Virus record (IMG/VR): IMGVR_UViG_3300023502_000001
Location: 35,960-99,959 of that record
DNA from: a virus
Length of the DNA stretch: 64,000 nucleotides
Reading direction: 5' to 3' (one strand)
The notes under the pieces are model-generated. The model saw only the letters and a list, made by a program, of their open reading frames with translations, was not told the DNA's origin and did not search any database. Each line of letters starts with the position of its first letter. Position 1 is the first letter of the stretch. The position numbers were made by a program, and so were the translations under genes. Below are positions 28,609 through 38,250 of this stretch, piece by piece.

Positions 28609-29070
28609 TTACAGCTCCATACTTTTTATTTTAGGAGCCATATTAATCATTTCCTCGTAATAATTACGTATTTTATCAAAAGTTTCATCAGAAATCATCT
28701 CGCATTTACGCACTGAATTACTATAATATGGGTCTTTAGGAAAAACCCAATATACATTCACTGCCCTTTGCTTAGAATAACTAATCCTAATTTCATTAGA
28801 ACTTATATAGACTTCATAACAATCCTCATTCACAGTGGTATGATTACCAAACTCTTTAGATAATCTGAAATACATAAAGGATTGACCGTTAAAGTCTATT
28901 CTAAAGCACTTGCCTACATAACTTTTTAGAATTCTTTCATTTTCCTCATCTTCTGCCCTTTTGGCATCCTTCCTTTTCTGCTCTTCTCCATCTAGGTATT
29001 CACAATACTCCTGTAATGAACAACCAGGATGATTCTTAGCATAGATTTTCATGGGATTTTCATTCCACAT
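28609..29070 (-). CDS. hypothetical protein
   Basis: 153-aa ORF. Confidence 0.55.
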   Translation of the reverse strand: MWNENPMKIYAKNHPGCSLQEYCEYLDGEEQKRKDAKRAEDEENERILKSYVGKCFRIDFNGQSFMYFRLSKEFGNHTTVNEDCYEVYISSNEIRISYSKQRAVNVYWVFPKDPYYSNSVRKCEMISDETFDKIRNYYEEMINMAPKIKSMEL

Positions 29071-29071
29071 A

Positions 29072-29494
29072 TCACACCATTTTAAGTTTTCCGTATACGT
29101 TGAATTCTGTAATAGGAATCCAGTTCACAATTTCGTTGCTATCTACCGGCTTTCCTCCATTAATTGTGCAAACAGTAATATGAGGTTTAGCATTAGCACA
29201 AGGTAATGTTGAATCTCCTATAGCAATCTTGAAAGCTATAGCTTTATTAGAGATACCTATTCCCTGTACTACCATTCTGTAATTATCACTGTAATTGCTC
29301 ATAATACGATCCATTAAGGCATTGTATACTTCTGAATCATTCTGATTCTTATGGAGTAAAGTACAATGATCTAAATACAAAGTACTTCCTCTTTGGAAGA
29401 CTAAGTCACATATAATAGGATTATCAATGATAACACGTAAAAGTGCATTTCTATCTTCCTCAGATAAAAATAATCCAAAATACTGATATTTCAT
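29072..29494 (-). CDS. hypothetical protein
   Basis: 140-aa ORF. Confidence 0.55.
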   Translation of the reverse strand: MKYQYFGLFLSEEDRNALLRVIIDNPIICDLVFQRGSTLYLDHCTLLHKNQNDSEVYNALMDRIMSNYSDNYRMVVQGIGISNKAIAFKIAIGDSTLPCANAKPHITVCTINGGKPVDSNEIVNWIPITEFNVYGKLKMV

Positions 29495-29514
29495 ATTTTT
29501 TCATTTTAGGTTTG

Positions 29515-29588
29515 TGGGCCTGGCCGGGCTTGAACCGACGACCTACTGATTATGAGTCAGGTGCTCTAACCAACTGAGCTACAGGCCC
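29515..29588 (-). tRNA. tRNA-Met or Ile2 (CAT)
   Basis: acceptor GGGCCTG/CAGGCCC, anticodon stem CCTGA/TCAGT, loop CTCATAA, T-loop GGTTCAAGCCC (resembles both elongator Met and Ile-lysidine tRNAs). Confidence 0.65.
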
Positions 29589-29600
29589 TAAATAAGTTTC

Positions 29601-29879
29601 TTATTCTCTTTCTAATAAGTCTTCCTCATAAACGTATTCTACTAATAGTTCATCATTTCCAAATACCATGATTTGTAGTACTACGAGTTTACGTGAAGAG
29701 TCCTTAGTTAGTCTAGGAAAGTCAGAAAGTACATATTCCGCTCTTGGCGACCTAGCATGGAATCTAGTAAAATTACTTCTAGGATGAGATTTCTGAATTA
29801 TTCCAGTGCTAGGTGTATTTAGAGATACTTTACTAGTTATCTCCCCAATATTGAAAGAAGTTACGTTAAGCATAAGCAC
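29601..29879 (-). CDS. hypothetical protein
   Basis: 92-aa ORF. Confidence 0.45.
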   Translation of the reverse strand: MLMLNVTSFNIGEITSKVSLNTPSTGIIQKSHPRSNFTRFHARSPRAEYVLSDFPRLTKDSSRKLVVLQIMVFGNDELLVEYVYEEDLLERE

Positions 29880-30075
29880 TTATTGATTGACATTTAAATA
29901 TTATAGTTTTACCAATAATATCATCAGGCTTTATATTAAACTTAGAAAACTCCTCAACCAGCTCATTCATATCTTCTACAGAATATGTCTCTCCAATAAC
30001 TCTCATATTATCTAGAGAAGTTTGGAAGTTCTTCAGTAGCTCTGTAAGTAAACAGCTATTAATTATTACTTTCAT
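29866..30075 (-). CDS. hypothetical protein
   Basis: 69-aa ORF. Confidence 0.45.
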   Translation of the reverse strand: MKVIINSCLLTELLKNFQTSLDNMRVIGETYSVEDMNELVEEFSKFNIKPDDIIGKTIIFKCQSISAYA

Positions 30076-30394
30076 TTTACTATGATTTGCTCTTCAGGTT
30101 TTAACTTAGCTGGAGCATCAGAATGTAATTTACCACATCTTACACACCAACAAACTCCAAATGAATTTTCTCTCACTTTACATCTGCCTTTCTCACAGAT
30201 TTTAACTACTTTTCTATAATTCTTCTTATCCATAATTATATAATTTAGAAATACAGCCTTACTACCCTTATGTTCCTAGTTATTCTTTAGCTAGCTTTAG
30301 ATTATTACTAGGTAATACCTCAACGGATTTATTCAGCTGACTTTACCGCCTCTTGGTATGCAAGGCTAGGTCTCCCTAGCGAAGCTGTATTTAG

Positions 30395-30466
30395 TTGGGC
30401 TACCAGGATTCGAACCTGGACTCTCAGAACCAAAATCTGATGTGACTACCATTACACCATAGCCCA
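30395..30466 (-). tRNA. tRNA-Gln(TTG)
   Basis: acceptor TGGGCTA/TAGCCCA, D GTGTAATGGTAGTCAC, anticodon stem TCAGA/TCTGA, loop TTTTGGT; strongly resembles the CUA suppressor tRNA. Confidence 0.6.
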
Positions 30467-30530
30467 ATTTTGACTTAGCTATTCTCACGAACCATTAAGT
30501 CCTTATTTACCATGAAAAACACACAATATG

Positions 30531-30607
30531 TGGGACGAGGCAGGATCGAACTGCCGCTATCGTCCTGGATTTTCAGTCCAGCGCTCTACCTACTGAGCTA
30601 TCGTCCC
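30531..30607 (-). tRNA. tRNA-Phe(GAA)
   Basis: acceptor GGGACGA/TCGTCCC, anticodon stem CTGGA/TCCAG, loop CTGAAAA. Confidence 0.6.
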
Positions 30608-30613
30608 ATGTAA

Positions 30614-30853
30614 TTAGATACTCAAATCTAACACATTTTTGTTCCACCAGTTAGTTAAATCTTGCAAAGAAAATTTAAATACAGTTTCAAAGTCCTCAAC
30701 GGAGACAACTTCTTCTCCTATAGCTACAGCCCACATCCAACAAGCTTTTGTTTCTTCCAAAGAAATGGGTTCTTCTGTAAGCCACGTATCATCTAATAAC
30801 ATATCCATAAATGGCTCATGTAATGATGCGAATATTCTAATTTTATCTTCCAT
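30614..30853 (-). CDS. hypothetical acidic protein
   Basis: 79-aa ORF. Confidence 0.45.
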   Translation of the reverse strand: MEDKIRIFASLHEPFMDMLLDDTWLTEEPISLEETKACWMWAVAIGEEVVSVEDFETVFKFSLQDLTNWWNKNVLDLSI

Positions 30854-30869
30854 ACTATTATTTATTTAG

Positions 30870-30954
30870 CGGGGGCAGCTGGATTCGAACCAGCGGGACC
30901 CGTAGGCCCTCCGTCTTAGCAGGACGGTGGTTTAAGCCACTCACCCATACCTCC
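30870..30954 (-). tRNA. tRNA-Ser(GCT)
   Basis: acceptor GGAGGTA/TGCCCCC (A3/C70 mismatch), anticodon stem CCGTC/GACGG, loop CTGCTAA, long variable arm. Confidence 0.55.
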
Positions 30955-31015
30955 AGATTGCAAAGGGGCTTTTGTTATACTTTACTAGAGAATTGTAAAG
31001 CCCCTTTGCTGTGAA

Positions 31016-32980
31016 TTACTTCACTTCTTCAAACTCAGTTGTTTTGCTCTCAATCTGATTCTTTCCCAATACACTCTTAACGGTGTCAGCGAAAGGAATT
31101 GAGCGGAGCAGATCGAATGCAGGATTCAGACTTTCAGCCGTTTTAGCCATGAAATTACCAGCGGTATTCTCGTTACCATAAACAGTAACCTGTCCAAGGT
31201 GAACGTGTTCAAACATCTTAGCAGATGCTTCAGCAATACCAGACAACTGGTCAACTGTCTTGTACTGAACTACCATTTCTGGAGTCAAGCCAGATTCAAT
31301 CATCTTCTGGACTGCCAAGGCAGGAGCCATTTCAATAGCCTGAACTTTATCAGCCTCAGCCATTAATGATGCTCTCTTACCTTCTGCTTCAGCAAGCAGT
31401 TTCTTTCTTGTACCTTCAGCTTCTGCTTCAAGTTGCAACTTCGTTGCATCAGCTTTAGCTTCTGCTTCTTTCAGAATTTCAGCAGCCTTAGCTTCTGCTT
31501 TAAGAATTGCTTCTTGCTTTACAGCTTCTGCATCAATGATAGCCTTCTCCTTAGCTTTCTCAGCCGGAATAATGATTGCAGCTTTCAGCTTAGCTTCTTC
31601 AGCCTTAGCTTTAGCTTCATTAACTTCCACCTGGCGTTCTTGCTCCGTTTTAGCAACCGCCATCTGAGCTTCAACCTTAGAAGTGCCAGCTACTTTCTCA
31701 GCTTCAGCCTTAGCTTTCTCGGCTTCTCCCTTGGCTTTAGAGACTTCAATTGTAGCATTTTGCTCTGCTACTCCTGCAATCTTATCAGCTTCGGCTGCCT
31801 TTACACGCTTGTCTGATTCATACTTGGCAACTGCAGCTTCCTGCTCGTTGACAGCTTTCTCGGTTTCAGCTACCTGCTTTTGTTTAGCTTGAGCAATACG
31901 AGTCTGCTTTTCAGCTTCTGCTTCTGCTTTCTTAGCATCAGCTTGAGCTTTAGCTTTAGCTACGTTAGCTTCAGCTATAGACTCAGATTCGGCTCTGCTA
32001 GAATCAGCTTCTGATTGTGCTTTAGCCAAAGCAGCGATTCTCTCTGCTTCTGCCTTTGCTTTCTCAGATTCTGCTGTAGTATTAGCTCTTGCGATGTTAG
32101 CAACCTGTTCTGCTCTTTGGTTAGCAACACCAGATTGTTTGTTCTTTTCAGCCTCGGCAAGTCTAATTTCCTTCTCCTGATTGATTTCGGCAACCTTTAC
32201 TTCCTGCTCTTGCTTGGTTTGCGCAACAGTAGTTTCACGTTCCTTTTCAGCATCAGCTACAGCAATTTCACGCTGTTTGTTGGTTTCTGCAATCTGAATA
32301 TCTCCCTTCTTTTTCTCTTCTGCAATGTCAGCTTGTGCCTGAGCGAGAGCTTTAGTTGCAGCTTTCTGTCCAAGATTCTTGATATAGTTTGCATCGTCAG
32401 AAATATCGGCATTGTTAATGTTGATAATACTGAAACCTACCTTGTTAAGTTCGCTTTCAATATTTTCCTTAGCCTTACCGATAAACTTGATTCTGTCAGC
32501 ATTAATTTCCTCAATCGTCATTGTAGCCATCAAGCTTCTCACTTCACCAATGAGAATATCTTTGATTTGGTCTGAGATTTCAGAAGTTTTAGCTGTTAAG
32601 AATCTGCTTGCAGCATTTTGCATTAGCACCTGAGTAGTTCCAATACCAGTAGTTAATGTTACAGGAATATTTACCTTAATCATTTGACTAGATACACCTG
32701 ATACATTTACCTGAATCTGGATTGGTTTCAGCGACATCTTAGCCCAGTCTTGGATTACCGGCATCACGAATGTGCCACCTCCATGAATAATTTTAGAAGG
32801 CAAGATAACTTCTTCCGACTTTCCAGTCTTTTCATTAATTACCTTCTTCTTACCAGCCTTACCAAACACAACCAAGATTTCATCACTGGCACACTTGCGA
32901 TATCGCGACAAAAGTCCGATAAAAGTTAGTACTACCAATAATACAATAACACCTGCTACAATAAGAGTTTCTGTTGTCAT
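31016..32980 (-). CDS. flotillin-like SPFH-domain protein
   Basis: 654 aa; N-terminal TM helix, SPFH/band-7 region, then about 350 aa of Ala/Glu/Lys-rich coiled-coil repeats typical of flotillins (FloT/YuaG-like). Confidence 0.7.
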   Translation of the reverse strand: MTTETLIVAGVIVLLVVLTFIGLLSRYRKCASDEILVVFGKAGKKKVINEKTGKSEEVILPSKIIHGGGTFVMPVIQDWAKMSLKPIQIQVNVSGVSSQMIKVNIPVTLTTGIGTTQVLMQNAASRFLTAKTSEISDQIKDILIGEVRSLMATMTIEEINADRIKFIGKAKENIESELNKVGFSIININNADISDDANYIKNLGQKAATKALAQAQADIAEEKKKGDIQIAETNKQREIAVADAEKERETTVAQTKQEQEVKVAEINQEKEIRLAEAEKNKQSGVANQRAEQVANIARANTTAESEKAKAEAERIAALAKAQSEADSSRAESESIAEANVAKAKAQADAKKAEAEAEKQTRIAQAKQKQVAETEKAVNEQEAAVAKYESDKRVKAAEADKIAGVAEQNATIEVSKAKGEAEKAKAEAEKVAGTSKVEAQMAVAKTEQERQVEVNEAKAKAEEAKLKAAIIIPAEKAKEKAIIDAEAVKQEAILKAEAKAAEILKEAEAKADATKLQLEAEAEGTRKKLLAEAEGKRASLMAEADKVQAIEMAPALAVQKMIESGLTPEMVVQYKTVDQLSGIAEASAKMFEHVHLGQVTVYGNENTAGNFMAKTAESLNPAFDLLRSIPFADTVKSVLGKNQIESKTTEFEEVK

Positions 32981-32994
32981 CTTTTAAATTTTTT

Positions 32995-33519
32995 TTAATT
33001 AAAATAGTATTTTCCATCCTCAAATTTTGAAATTCTCACCCTTTCCCCTCCCTTCAAAGGTTTGTTGTCCTCTGGATAGGCGGGAAGTTCCTGCAACATC
33101 CCATTTATCTCTATTAGCAAGATAGAATGAGAATTAGGAAGATCATTAGGGATTGAGATAAATCCAACTCTTCCGACTAAGGCTTCGCCTTCTTCTGGAA
33201 TAACTTGATGCTGGAGTTTTAAACAAAGTTTATATAAGTAGTAAAGTATAACCACAAAAAGAATACCGCACACTAGTGCGATTAGATAGTCGTACCATTC
33301 TACAGAATGAGATATAGACTGCTTAATGCAAAGCCATCCACTTGCTCCCATTACAAAATGTACTAGTCCTTTAAAAGAGACAATATCACTCACATCCATG
33401 TCCAATTCTCCATCTAAATCTACATCCAAGTCAGTGTCGCCACCAAACCAAGAGAGTATGAACTGAACAATAAAAATGCCATACGAAATGGCTGCTAAGA
33501 GATAATAAGTTTCGCTCAT
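32995..33519 (-). CDS. NfeD-like membrane protein (flotillin partner)
   Basis: 174 aa; N-terminal TM helices plus C-terminal soluble domain; sits immediately upstream of the flotillin gene as in yuaF-floT operons. Confidence 0.55.
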   Translation of the reverse strand: MSETYYLLAAISYGIFIVQFILSWFGGDTDLDVDLDGELDMDVSDIVSFKGLVHFVMGASGWLCIKQSISHSVEWYDYLIALVCGILFVVILYYLYKLCLKLQHQVIPEEGEALVGRVGFISIPNDLPNSHSILLIEINGMLQELPAYPEDNKPLKGGERVRISKFEDGKYYFN

Positions 33520-33734
33520 TGTAATTTACATAACCCTCCTTGAGTCGTATTATGAAGTACGTAATACACTCTCCCAGGAACGGAGACTCTATAGACATTC
33601 ATGTGACTATTAGGGTCGGTATATACCTTTATAACCGAAAAATGATTTCGGTCTTCCCTAGAAGTAAACGAACAACAGACTGCCGTAACTATTGCTACAA
33701 CAGCCATCATACAAATTAATCTAATTCTCTTCAT
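33516..33734 (-). CDS. small secreted protein
   Basis: 72 aa with signal-like N-terminus. Confidence 0.45.
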   Translation of the reverse strand: MKRIRLICMMAVVAIVTAVCCSFTSREDRNHFSVIKVYTDPNSHMNVYRVSVPGRVYYVLHNTTQGGLCKLQ

Positions 33735-33757
33735 AAGTTTTTAGTTATTGATATTTG

Positions 33758-33829
33758 CATAGGATAAAAGGGTCGAACTCTTACTTTCAGTTTTGGAGAC
33801 TGACGTGCTAACCATTAACACTAATCCTA
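33758..33829 (-). tRNA. tRNA-Trp(CCA)
   Basis: acceptor ATAGGAT/ATCCTAT, D GTGT..GCAC, anticodon stem TCAGT/ACTGA, loop CTCCAAA. Confidence 0.6.
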
Positions 33830-33835
33830 TAGATT

Positions 33836-33927
33836 GAGGAGGCAGTGGGACTCCAACCCACACATCGCTGTTACACGATTACTGGCAGTTTTCAAGACTG
33901 CTGCCTTAGCAATTAGGCTTATACCTC
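33836..33927 (-). tRNA. tRNA-Ser(TGA)
   Basis: acceptor GGAGGTA/TGCCTCC, anticodon stem GCAGT/ACTGC, loop CTTGAAA, long variable arm. Confidence 0.6.
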
Positions 33928-33929
33928 CA

Positions 33930-34322
33930 TTATAATGAAACCTTATATTTATCCCAATCACTGGTTAATGTCAAGGCTCCTTTAACATTTATTTCACTTG
34001 AGGGAATCTCATACATGTCCCCAGTTATAACTACTACAAATACTACATCACAAGTAGAATTATCAAAATGTCTAATCTTAGAATCTCCAGATGAACCTCC
34101 GCAATTCTTCAACAAGACTTCATAATTTCCACTCTTTACCTAATGTTGAGTAGTTTTAACTGATACTCTCTTCAAACCCTCTTTATCTACTACAATGTCA
34201 TATTTCTATGTATCATTCAAGGGAATTAGGACCGGAATGCAATGAGCAGTATAGTATGCTATAGCTCTTCCTAGTCCTAAATTCCCTTGATGAGATTTAT
34301 ACTAACTTTCCCAAGCGTTCAT
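33930..34322 (-). CDS. hypothetical protein (TAG-recoded)
   Basis: track ORF 33930..34115 extends upstream through 3 in-frame TAGs to MNAWES(Q)YKSH...; about 131 aa; fills a standard-code ORF gap. Confidence 0.5.
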
Positions 34323-34483
34323 TTTTACAAAATTTGTATTAGATTTTCATCTTTACGATTACATTAAACCTGACTCTGCCACCCTTCCAAAAGCTAGTCT
34401 TACGACTAGCCAAGAATCATACAAAGAAGCACTAATACACAGAATATAGCTAGAATACACCAGCCTATAGCCTGGACTGCTCC

Positions 34484-34963
34484 TCAGCCAAATATACAAA
34501 TCATTGAAGCTATGAAGAACACTGCTCCTCCTACTACACTTATCCAACCTCCAGCATCCTCATCGTTTTTAGATAGTTTGCCTCGACCAGTTAGAAGCAT
34601 AAATAAGGATATTCCTAATAGGAGTATGCCTACTATAACTCCAGCTATTTCTTTGTAAAGAAGTTTCCATACTACAATAGTTATTGCTGTCTGCCCTAGA
34701 CTAGAATCTGCTATTCTTATAGCGGAATCTTCTACTGCTTTCAAGGTTTCATTAACTGCTACGCCAATTTCCTTGCCAAGATTTGCATACTCAGAAACTT
34801 CCTTGATTTCGCCTTTTACAGCTTTCTCTGTAGTAAGTTTCTCAATTTGGGTCTTAGTTTCTCCAGGCAACTTATCATAATCTTCTTGCGAGATAGTTAT
34901 CTGAGAAAAAGCTGCTACGCTCATCCAGAGCATAGCAAGCATAAGTATAAAGAATTTCTTCAT
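34484..34963 (-). CDS. membrane protein
   Basis: 159 aa; signal peptide plus C-terminal TM helices. Confidence 0.55.
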   Translation of the reverse strand: MKKFFILMLAMLWMSVAAFSQITISQEDYDKLPGETKTQIEKLTTEKAVKGEIKEVSEYANLGKEIGVAVNETLKAVEDSAIRIADSSLGQTAITIVVWKLLYKEIAGVIVGILLLGISLFMLLTGRGKLSKNDEDAGGWISVVGGAVFFIASMICIFG

Positions 34964-35280
34964 TTTTTGTCTTTGATTCTTAGTTGTTCAACTGGAATGA
35001 AAAGTCTGTCTGCAATTTCTTCTAGAGTAAGCTCTACTACTGGTTTTCCTTCCCAGACAAGTTGTCTATCTCCAATCTCTAGTTTACGAGCATCACGTGG
35101 ATGTGTACGGTCGTACACCCTAGTTATCCTCCACATTTCTACATCCTCTACTGGGCACCAGTGATCTACTCCACAAAGGCACAGACCGCTTGTACTTCCA
35201 ACTACAAGACATAACTCACCACAGTACTCTACCAACATTCCAGACTTAATGTCTTCTTTTCTCAAGTATTTCTTATTCAT
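34960..35280 (-). CDS. hypothetical protein
   Basis: 106-aa ORF. Confidence 0.5.
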   Translation of the reverse strand: MNKKYLRKEDIKSGMLVEYCGELCLVVGSTSGLCLCGVDHWCPVEDVEMWRITRVYDRTHPRDARKLEIGDRQLVWEGKPVVELTLEEIADRLFIPVEQLRIKDKK

Positions 35281-35292
35281 TTTTTTAGAATT

Positions 35293-35853
35293 TTAGTCTA
35301 ACCATTCAAATTCTTCACCCTTGAAATGTCTTGCAAAACAAGCATCGAACACTAGCTTTCCAAACTGGGTTGATACGTATTTGGCAATTTCTTCAGATTT
35401 GCACGCTAGCATCCCGACACTGGAAGCGGCACCGCCGACGCCATCGTCAGAATGGAAATAGCTGAGACCCGCATTGCCGCCATAAAACGCGAGGCCGCCC
35501 ACCAACGCGAATTTCTCGCCCTGATAACGGAAGTGTCCAATGACCTCTGCATCTTTCGGCACTGATTTCATTCTAAAGAACCGAACCCAAGGATACCATA
35601 CAGTTCCAGTCAGCAGATTGAACTTGTGCTTTTCGTTCAGCGCATCCAGAATTGTTTGCAACTTAGCTAGAGCCTTTACAGATTCAGTGTAATGGATTTC
35701 ACTATTAAATAAGTACCCAAGATAGTCTCTAGCGTCCTCATAGGTCTTTATTCGTCCCATAATATTCTCTGGAACAATTTCAACATTACCTGTTTTGGCA
35801 TTGTAGATAGGCTTGTAGCCATCTGGACATTCAATTTCAATAGTTCTTTTCAT
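35293..35853 (-). CDS. hypothetical protein
   Basis: 186-aa ORF. Confidence 0.6.
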   Translation of the reverse strand: MKRTIEIECPDGYKPIYNAKTGNVEIVPENIMGRIKTYEDARDYLGYLFNSEIHYTESVKALAKLQTILDALNEKHKFNLLTGTVWYPWVRFFRMKSVPKDAEVIGHFRYQGEKFALVGGLAFYGGNAGLSYFHSDDGVGGAASSVGMLACKSEEIAKYVSTQFGKLVFDACFARHFKGEEFEWLD

Positions 35854-35883
35854 TTGTTATAATATTTAATAAAACATGGTTTG

Positions 35884-35958
35884 GGTGTTATAGCGGATTC
35901 GAACCGCTGACCTCTACAGCCACAATGTAGCGTTCTGACCAACTGAACTAATAACACC
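35884..35958 (-). tRNA. tRNA-His(GTG)
   Basis: extra G-1 pairing with discriminator C, acceptor GTGTTAT/ATAACAC, anticodon stem CTACA/TGTAG, loop TTGTGGC. Confidence 0.65.
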
Positions 35959-35964
35959 ATCAAA

Positions 35965-36420
35965 TTATTCGAATAGCGGCAGCAACTTCTTTCCTAGTAT
36001 CTTCACCGCTTTCTGTACATCAGCTACAGTTCTAAAATAAACAACACCTGGATATTTTACGTTTTGATGCATAACGACGTACACTCCTTTTATATCAGTT
36101 TCCGTCTTTCCAGATAGAGAAGAACCCCTTCCAAGGAAATAACCGCTGTTACTCTCTGTTTTATTCCAACCATTGTTTAAGTAATTAGCTACTATTTGTA
36201 GACAAATTAGAGACTTAGTTTGCTCTGATATCCCTAAAGGTAAAAATAGCACATCCCAATCCTTTTCAGATTCTAATATTTCTCCAAGAGAAGGGACTAG
36301 AACTTCTTCACTAAAAGCGGTAAGAGCTAATTTTTTCAAGTCTTCATTGCCACTCTCATACCATTTACGTGCTTGTTCTAAAGTTACTTCAAGGCAAGCT
36401 TTTGTTTTAATTCCGTTCAT
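35965..36420 (-). CDS. hypothetical protein
   Basis: 151-aa ORF. Confidence 0.55.
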   Translation of the reverse strand: MNGIKTKACLEVTLEQARKWYESGNEDLKKLALTAFSEEVLVPSLGEILESEKDWDVLFLPLGISEQTKSLICLQIVANYLNNGWNKTESNSGYFLGRGSSLSGKTETDIKGVYVVMHQNVKYPGVVYFRTVADVQKAVKILGKKLLPLFE

Positions 36421-36421
36421 C

Positions 36422-36667
36422 TTATTTATTAGTTTTTAATGGACACCAATCGGGAATGCAAACCTTTTCGTAAGGTCTTAACATTCCTTCAATTAGTTTA
36501 TTCTTAGACTCTTTACAGAGTGCTTTCTCGTCATCATCATTGAACCAGTCATTAGGATCTGGGTCAGGAGCAATTAAACAGTGTGGACACTCTCTACACT
36601 GTTTAATTTCTTTTTGGAATATTACACTAGTACCAGATTTCTGGCAAGTATCCTTCTCCATACTCAT
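36422..36667 (-). CDS. Cys-rich small protein
   Basis: 81 aa; CQKSG...CRECPHC...CIPDWCP. Confidence 0.45.
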   Translation of the reverse strand: MSMEKDTCQKSGTSVIFQKEIKQCRECPHCLIAPDPDPNDWFNDDDEKALCKESKNKLIEGMLRPYEKVCIPDWCPLKTNK

Positions 36668-36906
36668 AAGTTGTCATTTTTTATGTCTTTAAATTCTTTA
36701 ATTATAGATTTTATTTCAATCCTTCTAATTCTTCCAATCCCAAATGCAAATATTATTACTGTAAGAGCAAATAAGGTATTTACAACAGGAATGAGAGTTA
36801 CTGCTAGCCTGGCTGCAGTGGGTTCTTTCAATCTTCGTGACATATAGCTAGCATCCACAAGAGAGCTTATTGCCCATATCAAAAATGACCAAAAAAGTAC
36901 TGCCAT
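36664..36906 (-). CDS. small membrane protein
   Basis: 80 aa, two TM helices. Confidence 0.45.
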   Translation of the reverse strand: MAVLFWSFLIWAISSLVDASYMSRRLKEPTAARLAVTLIPVVNTLFALTVIIFAFGIGRIRRIEIKSIIKEFKDIKNDNL

Positions 36907-36907
36907 A

Positions 36908-37231
36908 TTAGTTAGTTATTTGCTCCCACATTTCTAGTGTCAGTTCTTTTACCACTATACCATTCAGTTCGCACGGTTTGTATTGATTTCCATTCTCTTC
37001 TACCATTATTAACCACTCGTGTCCATATTGAGTACTGTAGTCTCTGATGATTTCTTTAATGGTTTCAATACCAAAGGGAGTAAGAATCTTCTGTCCTTCT
37101 TTATAGAGATATCTTTTGTTGATATCATTCATATCTTTACTGTTAGTAAAGTGAGAATTTGGATTCGAAGTTATTACTACATGCTCTCCCATAATACACA
37201 CGTAGTAATCTTTTCTGTAAAAAAAGTACAT
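36908..37231 (-). CDS. hypothetical protein
   Basis: 107-aa ORF. Confidence 0.5.
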   Translation of the reverse strand: MYFFYRKDYYVCIMGEHVVITSNPNSHFTNSKDMNDINKRYLYKEGQKILTPFGIETIKEIIRDYSTQYGHEWLIMVEENGNQYKPCELNGIVVKELTLEMWEQITN

Positions 37232-37255
37232 TTTTTTTGTTTTTTAAAGTTAATG

Positions 37256-37339
37256 TGGGATTGGGAGGACTCGAACCTCCAGTCTCAAAAGAGAGCAGAT
37301 TTACAGTCTGCGCGGCTACCAATTACCGGTTACAATCCC
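37256..37339 (-). tRNA. tRNA-Tyr(GTA)
   Basis: acceptor GGGATTG/CAATCCC, anticodon stem GCAGA/TCTGC, loop CTGTAAA, variable arm TCTCTTTTGAGA. Confidence 0.6.
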
Positions 37340-37448
37340 TTTAATTACTCACAGACAGATTCATAATAATCTATCCAATAGTCAGCTTGGTCATCTTCGA
37401 AGATTTCTTTAAGTTCTTCGTCAGATAATCCTTCATACTTATCTTCCA

Positions 37449-37820
37449 TTATATCTTTCTTCTATTAAATAGTTTAAAATATTCACTGGAATACACATTA
37501 CATAGGTCCTTGTATCTTCTCGGCATAGGATAATCAAAATCGTCAAATGCTGATTCCTTAATGAACCTATCATAAAGAGCCATGTTTGCTGTGGTAACAG
37601 CTGTGTTACAATTATGCTTCTTTCCCCATTCAACAATATTATTCATTATACTGTTGAAGTATGATGTATCATCATCTACTTGGAGATAGATTTCTACTCT
37701 GCAAATTGCAGGATTTTTGAATCCTTGTCTTCCCTGCCTTAATTCTACTTTAGACACGTACTTAAGGTCTAGTAAATCTGCAATTCTTTCTTTAGCTATA
37801 ATTCTAGAAATTCTTATCAT
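37449..37820 (-). CDS. hypothetical protein
   Basis: 123-aa ORF. Confidence 0.5.
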   Translation of the reverse strand: MIRISRIIAKERIADLLDLKYVSKVELRQGRQGFKNPAICRVEIYLQVDDDTSYFNSIMNNIVEWGKKHNCNTAVTTANMALYDRFIKESAFDDFDYPMPRRYKDLCNVYSSEYFKLFNRRKI

Positions 37821-37945
37821 CTTTGTTATATTTAATACGAAAACATTCTTTTATAGCTCCGCAGATTATTGCTACAACTGGTATAGCGCAAATCAATATA
37901 ATGCTAATTTCTCCTCCGTCCATATTCTTAAAATTTAAATACTAG

Positions 37946-38029
37946 TGGGATAGGTAGGATTCGAACCTACTAAGCCTAAAGGCAACGGATTTACAGTCCG
38001 TCCCAACTCACCATCGTTGGCGCTATCCC
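37946..38029 (-). tRNA. tRNA-Tyr(GTA)-like, second copy (C8 instead of U8)
   Basis: acceptor GGGATAG/CTATCCC, anticodon stem ACGGA/TCCGT, loop CTGTAAA, variable arm GCCTTTAGGC. Confidence 0.5.
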
Positions 38030-38250
38030 GTAAAGCAATTAACAGATTTGTTCTAATTAACATAACTACTACAATTCTTCCTCTTAGCATCCTAAGTCCT
38101 CTAGTAGCTAATAGCCGCAATGCGTGGTAACAATTTTAAGGAAATTTACCTCTGTTAATTGGAGTAATCAGGGATTCTTTCTAGATAGGCACCCTATAGT
38201 TCTTATATCGTAAGACTATACTATTCTAGCGAATGATGATTACTTCTTTT

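Noticed and set aside
31400-32400. Periodic short repeats (gcttc/agc units) that superficially resemble a repeat array or CRISPR
   Set aside because: There is no spacer-repeat architecture; the periodicity is the codon-level repetition of an Ala/Glu/Lys coiled coil inside a protein gene. No CRISPR array was seen anywhere in the window.
31433-32633. Plus-strand ORFs 31433..31816, 31683..31892, 32015..32575, 32412..32633 and minus ORF 31975..32193 inside the flotillin gene
   Set aside because: They are antisense or out-of-frame readings of the low-complexity EA-rich coiled-coil repeat region of the 654-aa minus-strand gene, and they are Ser/Leu/Phe-rich junk translations.
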